DNA from: a candidate division WWE3 bacterium RIFOXYB1_FULL_43_24
GTDB taxonomy: Bacteria > Patescibacteriota > WWE3 > UBA101185 > UBA10185
Assembly (NCBI GenBank): GCA_001773135.1
Contig: MEVX01000003.1
Coordinates: 172 to 64,171 of the forward strand
Length of the DNA stretch: 64,000 nt
Direction of reading: 5' to 3'
Made by a program: the position numbers and the translations under genes. Below the pieces are notes generated by a model. It saw only the letters and a program-made list of their open reading frames with translations, did not search any database and had not been told where the DNA came from. This document shows, in pieces, positions 37,653 to 47,720 of this stretch; within the stretch, counting starts at the first letter, position 1, and every line of letters begins with the position of its first letter.

Positions 37653-39761
37653 CTACTTTATAAGTATATTCCCCAGGTATAAATTTCTGGTCTTCACTTT
37701 ATTAGACATGCCGGCAAAAACCCTGTAATCACCGGGGTCCAAAAAAGACGGGAAGTTAATCTTAAGATCCTCAATATAGTAGCGGTCAGAATCCCAATCG
37801 GCAGGCTGAATTAGCGAAAAAGACGGGAGGCTCGCTATTTCGTAAAGATCGCCTGTCTTCTCATTCATAAAAGTCATATACATAACAAAACCGTTTAAGG
37901 AATCACTTTCTCTTTTGAAAAAGACAAGTCTGAAATTTTCCGGAATACCTCTTGACACTTCTTTAGGATAATCAAAATCAGCTATTTCGGTTCCGAACAA
38001 AATATTGTATTCGTATTTTGCCGGATAATTGAACTTTTCCTGCATAGGAAGCAGATCAGTTTTTTCATGCGGACCTACCTTTTTGAAAACAAATAAGTTT
38101 CCGCACCCGGTCAGCAGTTCATAATCTTTGCTTTTAATTATATCTCCGGTGACGTCGCGCACTAAGCTTGTTTCAACATCTAATATGGTTAGTATTTTGC
38201 GCGAGAAAACATCGACTATCACATAATCAGCGCTGGTGTACAAAGCCGGGAATATTGCGTAAGTTTCTCTTAAAGACAAATGAGCTCCTAAATAGTCAGG
38301 GCCTGTAACCGAAACTCCATCAGGTATCAAACCGACTATCTTCTCGGCGCACTCAACGTCTTTGTTATCCAAGTCCGGAAGTTTTACTACATCTCCCACT
38401 TTTAGTCTGCTTTTCCACACAGCTTCGGGGTCCGACCCTGCAAAAACCCTTTTTCGCACTGCCTGGTCTATCCAAAGATAGACGGGGTTGTTAAAGGCGT
38501 ACGATGTCCTAATACCTGCAACAACCAAAACCAGGGAAAAGAGTATCTGAACGCCTTTTATTACACGCGGGCGCCTTTTTCTAAAGTTACCCAAAGCATC
38601 CGCAATCATTCCGATGGCATAAATAGTTGATATGAAAAGAACAGGAATTATCATGGAGATTCTATGGTTCGTTATTTCTGCCGTACCGACACCGTCCGCC
38701 GAAGTCAGGTAATTTATTAAAAAGTCGGGGACGGCCATTAGTAATATCTGAGGGTATGCTAGGGGTAAAAATAAAAGGGGATCAAAAGTTTTTCTTAGAT
38801 TATCTATCCTGTCCCCTCCGAAAAATATTCTGATTGCTTTTTGGTGGTCCAGAACCATTCCTACAAGAACGTCGGTGTAGGATTCGCCGAAGGCATCGTA
38901 TCTGCTTAAAAAATAGTTGGGTTTTGAAACGTCACGTGTGGTATCACCCACAATACCTATCTCACGCGCAAACTTGTTATATCCCGTAACTCTATACTGT
39001 GAGTATGCCGGTATTATTATAAAGAATGCGGCTACAAACCAAAGAGAAGCAACCACAAACATAGACAACGCGAGTTTGCCCGTGATAGTTTGATAAAATT
39101 TCTTGCCTTCTTCTTTAAGAGGTCTGCAAAAAAGTATAAACAGCGAATACATAATGACATATAGAGGGAGCTGTTCTTTTCCGGCCATTGTAATGATAAG
39201 AAGCACCCAAAATATAATTAGGTTCTTTTTGCTGAAGTTTTTCTCTTTATACATTTTCTCGAAAACGTAGAATGCCCCGAAAAAGAAAGGTACTGCCGCC
39301 GTAACCCCGTGAAATCCGGTCCACGCGTTTAAATAACCTAAAGCCGGGTATAAAAGATATGAGATGCCCAGCATTGCCGACGCCGCCTTAGAGCCCAGCC
39401 TCAGATAAGCGATCTTGTAGACCAAAAAGGCTGAAAGGATAACCATCACGAACTGCGAGACTACCAGCGTGAGTGGGTGCTGATATAGTGCGAACAAAGG
39501 AAGGAACAGCAGTAGTATCGGATCGACATGACTCATTGCCCACCTGGGTAAGTTGGTTCCGAAATAATCGGTGAGATACATAAATCTCCCGTGCATGGTG
39601 TTCCAAAGCATCTGCGACATGTTACCAAGATCAAATTTTCCGAAATCGAAATTGTTGTAGCGAAATATATTTATACGTAAATTCACGGCAATATTTATTA
39701 CAGCAAGTGCCGCAAGTAACAATATAAATATATTTTCCCTAATAAATTTTATGATTTTCAT
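37653..39761 (-). CDS. Large polytopic membrane protein with a C-terminal extracytoplasmic domain, hypothetical
   Basis: 702 aa. The N-terminal ~450 aa is TM-rich and the C-terminal ~250 aa is soluble. Confidence 0.4.
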   Translation of the reverse strand: MKIIKFIRENIFILLLAALAVINIAVNLRINIFRYNNFDFGKFDLGNMSQMLWNTMHGRFMYLTDYFGTNLPRWAMSHVDPILLLFLPLFALYQHPLTLVVSQFVMVILSAFLVYKIAYLRLGSKAASAMLGISYLLYPALGYLNAWTGFHGVTAAVPFFFGAFYVFEKMYKEKNFSKKNLIIFWVLLIITMAGKEQLPLYVIMYSLFILFCRPLKEEGKKFYQTITGKLALSMFVVASLWFVAAFFIIIPAYSQYRVTGYNKFAREIGIVGDTTRDVSKPNYFLSRYDAFGESYTDVLVGMVLDHQKAIRIFFGGDRIDNLRKTFDPLLFLPLAYPQILLMAVPDFLINYLTSADGVGTAEITNHRISMIIPVLFISTIYAIGMIADALGNFRKRRPRVIKGVQILFSLVLVVAGIRTSYAFNNPVYLWIDQAVRKRVFAGSDPEAVWKSRLKVGDVVKLPDLDNKDVECAEKIVGLIPDGVSVTGPDYLGAHLSLRETYAIFPALYTSADYVIVDVFSRKILTILDVETSLVRDVTGDIIKSKDYELLTGCGNLFVFKKVGPHEKTDLLPMQEKFNYPAKYEYNILFGTEIADFDYPKEVSRGIPENFRLVFFKRESDSLNGFVMYMTFMNEKTGDLYEIASLPSFSLIQPADWDSDRYYIEDLKINFPSFLDPGDYRVFAGMSNKVKTRNLYLGNILIK

Positions 39762-39769
39762 CTTACCCG

Positions 39770-40456
39770 TCAGTCCGTAAATCTATATTTTATTAGCGTG
39801 AACAATGCGTGTATTCCATCTCTCCAAGTTATCTTTTTACCTTCGCTATGTGTACGCCCTCTATATGAGATTGGAACTTCTCTTATCTTTAAACCCGACT
39901 TCAATATTTTTGCCGTAATTTCAGGTTCAAAATCAAACCTTTCTGATTTTATATTCACTTTTCTCACAAAATCTCCCGGCATTAATTTATAGCAGGTCTC
40001 CATATCGGTAAGCATTACACCGAAGAAAATGTTCGTAATTAACGTAAGTAATTTGTTACCGAAGTAATGTAGTGTTGACATATCCTCGTAACTTCCCGAA
40101 AATCTGCTTCCATATATAACCTGCGCGTTGTACTCGTCTAACGCACGGATAAGTTTGTGGTAATCATTGGGATCGTACTCAAGGTCGGCGTCTTGCACAA
40201 TTACGTAGTCTCCGGTAGTATGCTGAAACCCGAGCTTCAGTGTGTGACCTTTTCCCCTATTTTTCTCTTTATAGTAGAACCGGATATCGGGATGAACCTT
40301 TTCCAACTCTTTTAGAATGTCGGTTGTGCCGTCGGTAGAAGCGTCGTCCACTACGATTATTTCTTTGTCTATACCTTCAACAGCCTTGATCTCGTCCAAA
40401 ATTTTCTCGATCGTGTTTTTTTCGTTGTACACGGGAACAACAATAGATAGTTTCAT
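39770..40456 (-). CDS. GT2 polyprenol-phosphate glycosyltransferase (DPM1-like)
   Basis: It carries LSIVVPVYNEKNTIEKILDEIKAVEGIDKEIIVVDDASTDGT and VQDADLEYDP. Confidence 0.75.
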   Translation of the reverse strand: MKLSIVVPVYNEKNTIEKILDEIKAVEGIDKEIIVVDDASTDGTTDILKELEKVHPDIRFYYKEKNRGKGHTLKLGFQHTTGDYVIVQDADLEYDPNDYHKLIRALDEYNAQVIYGSRFSGSYEDMSTLHYFGNKLLTLITNIFFGVMLTDMETCYKLMPGDFVRKVNIKSERFDFEPEITAKILKSGLKIREVPISYRGRTHSEGKKITWRDGIHALFTLIKYRFTD

Positions 40457-40458
40457 AT

Positions 40459-41970
40459 TTAGTCCTTCCGTTCAAACCTTACAATTTTAGCAAAAAACTC
40501 CGCACCATTTACATTATAACTAAAATCCTTCACAGGCTTCAGATATGGCCTGGATTCCAAATCCAGCTCCATTGTAGTGTTGTGCTCATTAGTAATTAGA
40601 AAATAATCCGCTCCGGTCGATTTTAAGGCTTCGTAAGTCAGGTTCTTTTTACTTTCGGTGTTGTAGTAAAAACCGGATATCTTCGGGGTATCCAAAACAT
40701 TAAGATAAAAATCCGAAACACTACTAACGTCATTGTAAGCAACCTTACCTTCAAGATTGTAGGATGCGTATTCTGCCGCATTTTTTACCGAAATGAAGAT
40801 ATCTTTGTGTAATTTAATTACCGATCCGGACCAAAGCGACATAATCACCGCCAGAGAGACTGCCGAAAGGAGAAAGTTCTTTTTTACTATAAAAAATACA
40901 GCAGCTATCTGGAATAAAAATAAAACTCCCAGCAACACCTTATCCAAAACCAGAAATTGTAATTTGAGAAAATACTGAGAACCTGCGTACAAGAATAGTA
41001 AGGACGCCGCACAAATATATATAAATTTACTTTCTTTCCCATCCTCCCACCACTTTTCCAAACTCAAGGTTAGCAAGAGGATCAAAAGAGGAACAACGGC
41101 GACGAATAATCTGGGTATCGCTGCCGGCCACAGAAGTATCAATAAAAGTTCGAGGAATAGAAATATTGAAATGTGAGGATTACTTGTAATAAATTTCCAC
41201 GTACTCTTTTTTACAAATGAAAACGCCGGGACAAAACCAAAGATCGCAAGCAGACTCGCAATATAAATCCAAATCATCCGCGAGTCGTAAGCGCGGCCTG
41301 CCGGTTCCTCCAGGTATGTGGACGAGAACGGGCTGCGGTATAAAAACCAGGGCAATAAAACAACCAACGCTCCAAGTCCGTAATAAACGTAATTTTTTAG
41401 CTTTCTTCTGTGCTCGATAGATAATGCTAGAAATAAAGAACCTGCCAGAATATATCCTTCAAATCTGGTGAGAATGGATAGCCCGGCAACAACACCTAGG
41501 ATAAATAACCTTTTATTACTCCAACTGCCCTTCCATTTTTTATACAAATAAATTGCGAGAAGAGACAGCAGCGCAAACGGAACATCAGCCATTACTCTTA
41601 TCGACCAGTACAAAAAATCCGGATTAAAAAGAAGTAGTAGCATCCCCAAAAAGACAAAACGTTCGTCTTTAATATACTGCTTTAAAAATTTACTGAATAA
41701 AACCATTCCGGCAAACCCGGCTACGAGCATAAACCCTCTTGCCCACATAACGGGATCAATTGCTTCCGGTCTGACGGCTAAAAACAGCGAGTACAAGGGA
41801 GGCCTCTTCTCATCTTCAGGATAACTTCCGTCTCTAATAAATTCAGATGCTCGGAGAATTCTGTAAGAATCCCCCCATTCCGCCGTGTTTATATTTAGCA
41901 AAAGAAAATGCACAATAATAAACAAAACGTAGGGTAGGTACTTAAATATAGTTTTTGATTGCAAAGTCAT
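40459..41970 (-). CDS. ArnT/PMT-like GT-C membrane glycosyltransferase
   Basis: It carries YPEDEKRPPLYSL (DE plus a PPL motif). It is polytopic with a C-terminal soluble domain. Confidence 0.55.
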   Translation of the reverse strand: MTLQSKTIFKYLPYVLFIIVHFLLLNINTAEWGDSYRILRASEFIRDGSYPEDEKRPPLYSLFLAVRPEAIDPVMWARGFMLVAGFAGMVLFSKFLKQYIKDERFVFLGMLLLLFNPDFLYWSIRVMADVPFALLSLLAIYLYKKWKGSWSNKRLFILGVVAGLSILTRFEGYILAGSLFLALSIEHRRKLKNYVYYGLGALVVLLPWFLYRSPFSSTYLEEPAGRAYDSRMIWIYIASLLAIFGFVPAFSFVKKSTWKFITSNPHISIFLFLELLLILLWPAAIPRLFVAVVPLLILLLTLSLEKWWEDGKESKFIYICAASLLFLYAGSQYFLKLQFLVLDKVLLGVLFLFQIAAVFFIVKKNFLLSAVSLAVIMSLWSGSVIKLHKDIFISVKNAAEYASYNLEGKVAYNDVSSVSDFYLNVLDTPKISGFYYNTESKKNLTYEALKSTGADYFLITNEHNTTMELDLESRPYLKPVKDFSYNVNGAEFFAKIVRFERKD

Positions 41971-43135
41971 ATATTCCGTCTATTCCCTCTATTTTTGTAT
42001 TCCACGAGTGTTTAGATCTTATGAGCTGGACATCAACATCTCTCGGGGTACTTGTTATTTCTAAAATTTTATTTGCAATCGTTTGGGGTTCCAGATTTTC
42101 AAGATAAAACACGCCTCTTATATCTTCGTTTATTTTAAAACCGGAAACCAGACAGGGAATACCGCACGACAGCCCCTGCATAACAGCTTTAGGCAACCCT
42201 TCCCATGAGGAAGGAAGCACGAATATATCTGATACCTGGTAAGCAATTGGAACGTGGGGGTAGGGAGTATAGCCTGTTTTAATTATTCTGGACTCCAGTT
42301 TTTTTAGTTTTATCTGCTCATTTAACTTTTCTACATAAGTCGGATCGCCCGTTCCTGAAAGCAGTAATTTATAATCTCCGGGTAACAACGCGAGCGCATC
42401 AATTAACAAGTGGATGTTTTTTCTTTCGTTCATTACACCGTGGTTGAGTATAACTTTATCGAATCTGTCGAATCCTATTTCTCTGCGGGACTTATCTTTT
42501 TCTTCCTCGCCCACGGGTACGAACATTTCCGTGTTTACTCCGGTCTCGATTAAGAAACATTTGGCCGGATTTGCACCGTAATATTCCTGCGCTTCTTTAA
42601 CGTTATCCGCACTAACAAAAATACACGCAGATGCCGCTTTTACTGCCATCTTGTCAGAAAAAACAGCCATCGGCCAACCCAGCATCTTAGACATGGGCTT
42701 GATGGGCTTTCCCTGCTTCTCAAACGTAACCCATCTGCCTTTTGCGGTATTGTGAAAGTGAACAACTAAAGGTATTTTAAGTTCTTTTGCCCAGGGGAAA
42801 TGCTTTTTCAAAAATACTCTGTAAACGTAAAGCCATATTGCAAAATGCCCGTGGCAGTGAATTACGTCAGGCTTATTTGTTTTTCTGTATTTTAAATAGC
42901 GGAAAAATAGAACAACACTGCTTGTGAAAAAAATTGTATCGGGGTAAGGTTCCCGGTCGATGGCGTTGATTTCTAAACCGTCAAGTTTTACGGGGCCGCC
43001 CGAGTTAGGCCACTGTCCGCAGAACAAAGTTACTTTATGCCCTTGCTTCAGCTGTGCTGCCGTAATTTCGTATGGATGGGGAGCCAGTCCCTGCCAGGGA
43101 TTTGGCCAGTCATATACTATTCTTAAAATATTCAT
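41942..43135 (-). CDS. Glycosyltransferase family 4
   Basis: The GT1 domain is VLPSSWEGLPKAVMQGLSCGIPCLVS. Confidence 0.7.
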   Translation of the reverse strand: MNILRIVYDWPNPWQGLAPHPYEITAAQLKQGHKVTLFCGQWPNSGGPVKLDGLEINAIDREPYPDTIFFTSSVVLFFRYLKYRKTNKPDVIHCHGHFAIWLYVYRVFLKKHFPWAKELKIPLVVHFHNTAKGRWVTFEKQGKPIKPMSKMLGWPMAVFSDKMAVKAASACIFVSADNVKEAQEYYGANPAKCFLIETGVNTEMFVPVGEEEKDKSRREIGFDRFDKVILNHGVMNERKNIHLLIDALALLPGDYKLLLSGTGDPTYVEKLNEQIKLKKLESRIIKTGYTPYPHVPIAYQVSDIFVLPSSWEGLPKAVMQGLSCGIPCLVSGFKINEDIRGVFYLENLEPQTIANKILEITSTPRDVDVQLIRSKHSWNTKIEGIDGIYDFAIKNYI

Positions 43136-44325
43136 GCTCTTATTTCCTTAAATATTTCCTCATAAGAGTCTAACATTTTATCAAGCGTAAATCTCTCCAT
43201 TGCCTTGTTTAAAGCATTAGCACCCATCTTTCGTGCCGTTTCCGGACTATTTTTCAGCTCATTCAATTTACTCTTGAATACATAGAATTTGCCGGGATTT
43301 ACGAGGTATCCCGTCTCCCCGTCTGTAATGGCATCCGAAACACCCCCAAGATTAAAGGCTACGATAGGAAGTTGCCCGAACATAGATTCAACTAAAACCA
43401 TTGGAAAACCTTCGATTCTTGAAGTAGGAAAAACAAAAGCATCGAACCTTGCCGGATTGTACATCCGTAAAACTTCGGTGTAGTCGAGTTTCCCACGCAA
43501 AATTATTCTTCCCTCGCTTTTTCCGGAAATCACACCCAGCTCTTCCTGTAATTCACCTGCTCCTACAATATCTAATGTAAAATCTTTCATGTCTTCGCCG
43601 GCAATTATTTCGGCGAGCTTTCCTATACCCTTCGAACGTATAAGTTGACCCACGTAAAGTAAACGGAATTTTCCGGCAATACCTCTGTCGCCTTCAACCG
43701 GTTCGGTTTTTAGAGGTTTTATTCCATTATTTATGACCCTGACTTTTGATTCTTCAACGAAAGTCTCTTCGACCAAAGCCTTTTTTACTGAATTAGACAC
43801 CGCCACAACAACACCGGAACCATGTACAAACTCACGCTGTACTGTAAAAAAATTTTTAAACACGTGAGGAAGGTCGAGGAAAGATTTTAACAAACCCTTA
43901 ACAGACGGATCGCTTTTTAACTTTGTATGAAGTTCGCCAATCTTCGTTCCGTGAGATATAGAAACGATAGGCAACCCAAACTCTTCCTTGTTTCTAGTCA
44001 CACCTACCGCACCCGAACTCTGTCCTAAAATTAATTCAAATTTTTCTTCTCCGTGCATATCACGGAACACTTCATAAGACTTTGCCACCCAGCTATCTTT
44101 TTTCGAAACTGTTACAGAACTGTACTGCGCTGTTTTACACTCTACAAAAATATATTTAACTCCGTTTTCTACCGCCTGTTCTTTTTCTTTAATAATTCTT
44201 GGGGTAAACACCGTAACTTTGTGGCCGCGTGAAACCAATCCCTCACATAAAAGTTTGTTCTGAGTTTCCAGCCCACCGTAAGAACCGCTGAAGGTCGTGG
44301 ATTTTATAAAGACGGCGATTTTCAT
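43132..44325 (-). CDS. Glycosyltransferase family 4
   Basis: The GT1 domain is VFPTSRIEGFPMVLVESMFGQLPIVAF. Confidence 0.7.
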   Translation of the reverse strand: MKIAVFIKSTTFSGSYGGLETQNKLLCEGLVSRGHKVTVFTPRIIKEKEQAVENGVKYIFVECKTAQYSSVTVSKKDSWVAKSYEVFRDMHGEEKFELILGQSSGAVGVTRNKEEFGLPIVSISHGTKIGELHTKLKSDPSVKGLLKSFLDLPHVFKNFFTVQREFVHGSGVVVAVSNSVKKALVEETFVEESKVRVINNGIKPLKTEPVEGDRGIAGKFRLLYVGQLIRSKGIGKLAEIIAGEDMKDFTLDIVGAGELQEELGVISGKSEGRIILRGKLDYTEVLRMYNPARFDAFVFPTSRIEGFPMVLVESMFGQLPIVAFNLGGVSDAITDGETGYLVNPGKFYVFKSKLNELKNSPETARKMGANALNKAMERFTLDKMLDSYEEIFKEIRA

Positions 44326-45531
44326 TTACAGTGACTCCTTTACAATAAGGTCTTCCAGTTCAACAGCGTTTCTTTCAATATCAAATTCCGAAGATACTTT
44401 ACGGTACGCTTCTTTGGCGAGTCCTTCTGCCAATTGTTTATCGTTTAAAATAAGTTTAAGACCGTCTGCCAAAGCTGACGGGTCTTTTTGAGGAACTATT
44501 ACCCCACTGACACCGTTTTCCAAAAACTCTTTTGTACTCCCGGAGTCCGTGGCCACAATGGGCAAATGCGAGGCAGCTGCCTCTAGCAGAACATTCGCAA
44601 TGCCGTCGGCATCCCCTTCCTCCGTGTTAATGCCGGAAAATACGAATACGTCACTTTCGGCATAATATTTTTGGGTTTCCGAAAACGGAAGACCGGCGCC
44701 CCCTCCCAATATCTCAACATAATCCGATAATCCCAAAGATGAAATCTGTTCACTAAGTTCCGCGTATAAACTACCGGGACCTATTAGCAACATTTTGAAA
44801 CTCATGCCGTCGTTACGGAGAATTTTTGCAGCTTCCAACAAATATTTATGACCTTTTTTCTCTTCGAGACGGCCGATGTTAAGTATCACAGGCACGTCAG
44901 ACTTCCTTCCTGCGCTATCGAACTTTGTGAGGTCTAATCCGTGATATTTTAATATAACTTTGTGGGAATAATCGGGAGCAACTGCCTTAACACAACTTTC
45001 ATGCGCGTGCTTATTGCAGATTAAAACAAAGGTCGCATTCTCGGATTTTTCTTTCATGCAGTGAGGACTAACTGTTATATCTTTCGCGTGCGCAGATATT
45101 GCGTAAGGAACATCGAGCACCATCGCAGCCACCATCACAATGGTGCTGGATTCAGACATAAAGTGTGCGAGTATGAAGTCCGGTTTGGAGGATGAGAAGA
45201 TTTGCGCATAGCCCATACCTTTTAACAAGGTGTAGTACGGGCTGCCACACCCCTTTATAACACCCAAAGCTTTGGAAATATTTTTTCCGGCGTTGAAGAA
45301 AAACCTCAACGACAGTATAAGGTCCAAAATGGAAAGTCTTTTGTATCTCACGAGAGGTTCGAGAACGGGACTCACTTCACCCGACGCCCTAAGCAAAGAC
45401 ATTACGGAAAGGTCCAGATTTCCTCTTTCAGCTATTTTCGCGATCTCGCGTTCAATGAAAGTCTCCGTCAGCACCGGAAATTCCGGTATGAAGATAATGA
45501 CCTTCTTTTTAGTGCTGTCCGGTTGAACCAT
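44326..45531 (-). CDS. Glycosyltransferase family 4
   Basis: The GT1 domain is EGDADGIANVLLEAAASHLPIVATDSGSTKEF. Confidence 0.7.
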   Translation of the reverse strand: MVQPDSTKKKVIIFIPEFPVLTETFIEREIAKIAERGNLDLSVMSLLRASGEVSPVLEPLVRYKRLSILDLILSLRFFFNAGKNISKALGVIKGCGSPYYTLLKGMGYAQIFSSSKPDFILAHFMSESSTIVMVAAMVLDVPYAISAHAKDITVSPHCMKEKSENATFVLICNKHAHESCVKAVAPDYSHKVILKYHGLDLTKFDSAGRKSDVPVILNIGRLEEKKGHKYLLEAAKILRNDGMSFKMLLIGPGSLYAELSEQISSLGLSDYVEILGGGAGLPFSETQKYYAESDVFVFSGINTEEGDADGIANVLLEAAASHLPIVATDSGSTKEFLENGVSGVIVPQKDPSALADGLKLILNDKQLAEGLAKEAYRKVSSEFDIERNAVELEDLIVKESL

Positions 45532-46894
45532 TGGTGTTAAGTAGTACCGTCTGATACAAGTTCCTTGTATCTATTTTAACCATACCGTTAGTCCTTTTAC
45601 CAACAGCAAAGTATGTAAAGCCCGTGCTCTCAACTTTTGAACGATCCAGAAGGTTTCTTCCATCAAAAATAACTGGCGATTTCAACATTGCTTTTACCTT
45701 GTCGAGCTCGATTGTTGCAAATTCCTGCCACTCGGTTAGTACAAACAAAGCATCCGCACCCGGCATAGTTTCGTATTTATCCAGACAATATTCAACGTTT
45801 ACCGAACCTAAAACCTGCTTAGCGTTGTACATAGCTTCGGGGTCGTAAACCTTCAATGTTGCACCTAATCCGCGCAACTTCTTGCACAATTCTATTGAAA
45901 CGGAATCTCTTATGTCGTCGGTGTTGCCTTTAAATGCCAAACCTAATATTGCGAACGTTCTTCCGGAAAGATTTTTTCCGAAATGTCTGAGAACTTTATT
46001 CATAAAGTTCTCTCTTTGAGCAATATTGACTTCCATAACGCTTCTTAAAAGCTTGAAATCGTAGTCCTGGTCGGTTGATGTTTTGTATAAGGCTGCAACG
46101 TCCTTAGGGAAACAGCTTCCGCCGTATCCTATACCTGCGTTCAGAAAAGCTGCACCTACTCTTTTGTCTAAACCCATACCTTTTGCAACTACCGTAACGT
46201 CGGCTCCGGCTCTTTCACAGATTTGAGCAATCTCGTTGATAAATGATATTTTTGCAGCCAAAAATCCGTTTGAAGCATACTTAATCATTTCAGCTGACCT
46301 GAGGTCGCACTCAACAATAGGGGTATTCAGATGCTCGTAGAGTCTTCTCATTACAGAGTGAGCTTTTTCGGTCTCGGCACCGACAACAGTTCTGTCGGGT
46401 TTAGCCATATCTTCAACCGAAGAACCTTCTCTTAAAAATTCCGGATTTGAGGCGACATCAAACTCAATCTGCTGGTTAGCAAGATTTTCTTTGATGATCA
46501 TTTTTACTTTTTCATTTGTTCCTACCGGAACAGTACTTTTTGTAACAATAACTTTGTATCCGTTCATACTCTTACCGATGTCTTTTGCAACTTCCCACAC
46601 CTGCGAGAGATCTGCCGCACCCGTGTCGCTTTGAGGAGTGCCCACGCAGATAAATACAATTTCGGCGTCTTTAATACCATCTGCAATTGAAGTCGTGAAC
46701 GAAAGTCTATTTTGCGCTATGTTTCTTAAAACGATCTCTGATAAACCGGGTTCGTAAATCGGCATTTCGCCTTTTTTTATTCTTTCGATCTTTTCGGTGT
46801 CTATATCAACACCCACAACTTCATTACCCCAATCCGAAAAAATTGCAGCTCCTACCAAACCTACATAACCTGTTCCTATTACGCATAGTTTCAT
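45509..46894 (-). CDS. ugd: UDP-glucose 6-dehydrogenase (nucleotide-sugar dehydrogenase family)
   Basis: The N-terminal Rossmann motif is MKLCVIGTGYVGLV. The catalytic region is GGSCFPKD. The C-terminal UDP-binding domain is present. Confidence 0.85.
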   Translation of the reverse strand: MKLCVIGTGYVGLVGAAIFSDWGNEVVGVDIDTEKIERIKKGEMPIYEPGLSEIVLRNIAQNRLSFTTSIADGIKDAEIVFICVGTPQSDTGAADLSQVWEVAKDIGKSMNGYKVIVTKSTVPVGTNEKVKMIIKENLANQQIEFDVASNPEFLREGSSVEDMAKPDRTVVGAETEKAHSVMRRLYEHLNTPIVECDLRSAEMIKYASNGFLAAKISFINEIAQICERAGADVTVVAKGMGLDKRVGAAFLNAGIGYGGSCFPKDVAALYKTSTDQDYDFKLLRSVMEVNIAQRENFMNKVLRHFGKNLSGRTFAILGLAFKGNTDDIRDSVSIELCKKLRGLGATLKVYDPEAMYNAKQVLGSVNVEYCLDKYETMPGADALFVLTEWQEFATIELDKVKAMLKSPVIFDGRNLLDRSKVESTGFTYFAVGKRTNGMVKIDTRNLYQTVLLNTNGSTGQH

Positions 46895-46946
46895 AGTTTT
46901 ATAAATTTCACCCCGAAATATATACTTAATGACTTTATGAGGGGCG

Positions 46947-47720
46947 TTACTTGGCAGTGTTGTAAAGGCCCATAATATCGTTCAGCCTTATCTTCAAAAC
47001 GTCAAGTCCCATTTTAACGGAATCACGGACGGGGCTTACCCGCGTGGTCTTAACGTGAGTCCAGACTATCGGAACTTGTTTGACATTATACCCCAGTTTC
47101 TTGGCTAAGTACAAAACCTCTACATCCCATGCTCCGGTGTATGGTTTGTCCAATTCTTTGGTGTTTTTACCGTAAACTTTCATTCTTCCGAAGATATCCT
47201 TGGCCACAGAACCCTTGAAAAGCTTAAATCCGCACTGGCTGTCTCTGATACCGGGCAAAGCAACAATTTGTATCATCAGGTTGAAAACCCTACCCATCGC
47301 GTGACGGTAAAAAGGTTCTCCCACCCTTTCGGCTCCTATTCCTTCTCTGGATGCGATTGCGATATCAAAGTTTTGATCGGTAATCCAAATAGCCAGCTTC
47401 TTTAGTTCCGTCATGGGAGCTGAAAGATCGGCGTCCGCCATATAAATAAGATCACCAACTGCCGTGTTCATTCCGGTCAAAACTGCAAAACCTTTTCCTT
47501 TATGTGGATTTCTTATCACTCTGACTTCGGGATTTTCCACCGCATACTCTTCCACTATAGAAGCAGTAGCGTCCTTGCTACCATCGTCGACTACGATAAT
47601 CTCAAAAGTGTCTGTAAAAGTTTTCATAAAATTAACGGCTTGTGTTAGTGATGAAGATATTTTGTCCGCCTCGTTGTATGCGGGTATAACTATTGAGTAA
47701 TTCATTTTTTGCCCTTCCAA
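46947..47720 (-). CDS. GT2 polyprenol-phosphate glycosyltransferase (DPM1/GtrB-like)
   Basis: It carries YSIVIPAYNEADKISSSLTQAVN...FEIIVVDDGSKDAT and MADADLS. Confidence 0.75.
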   Translation of the reverse strand: MEGQKMNYSIVIPAYNEADKISSSLTQAVNFMKTFTDTFEIIVVDDGSKDATASIVEEYAVENPEVRVIRNPHKGKGFAVLTGMNTAVGDLIYMADADLSAPMTELKKLAIWITDQNFDIAIASREGIGAERVGEPFYRHAMGRVFNLMIQIVALPGIRDSQCGFKLFKGSVAKDIFGRMKVYGKNTKELDKPYTGAWDVEVLYLAKKLGYNVKQVPIVWTHVKTTRVSPVRDSVKMGLDVLKIRLNDIMGLYNTAK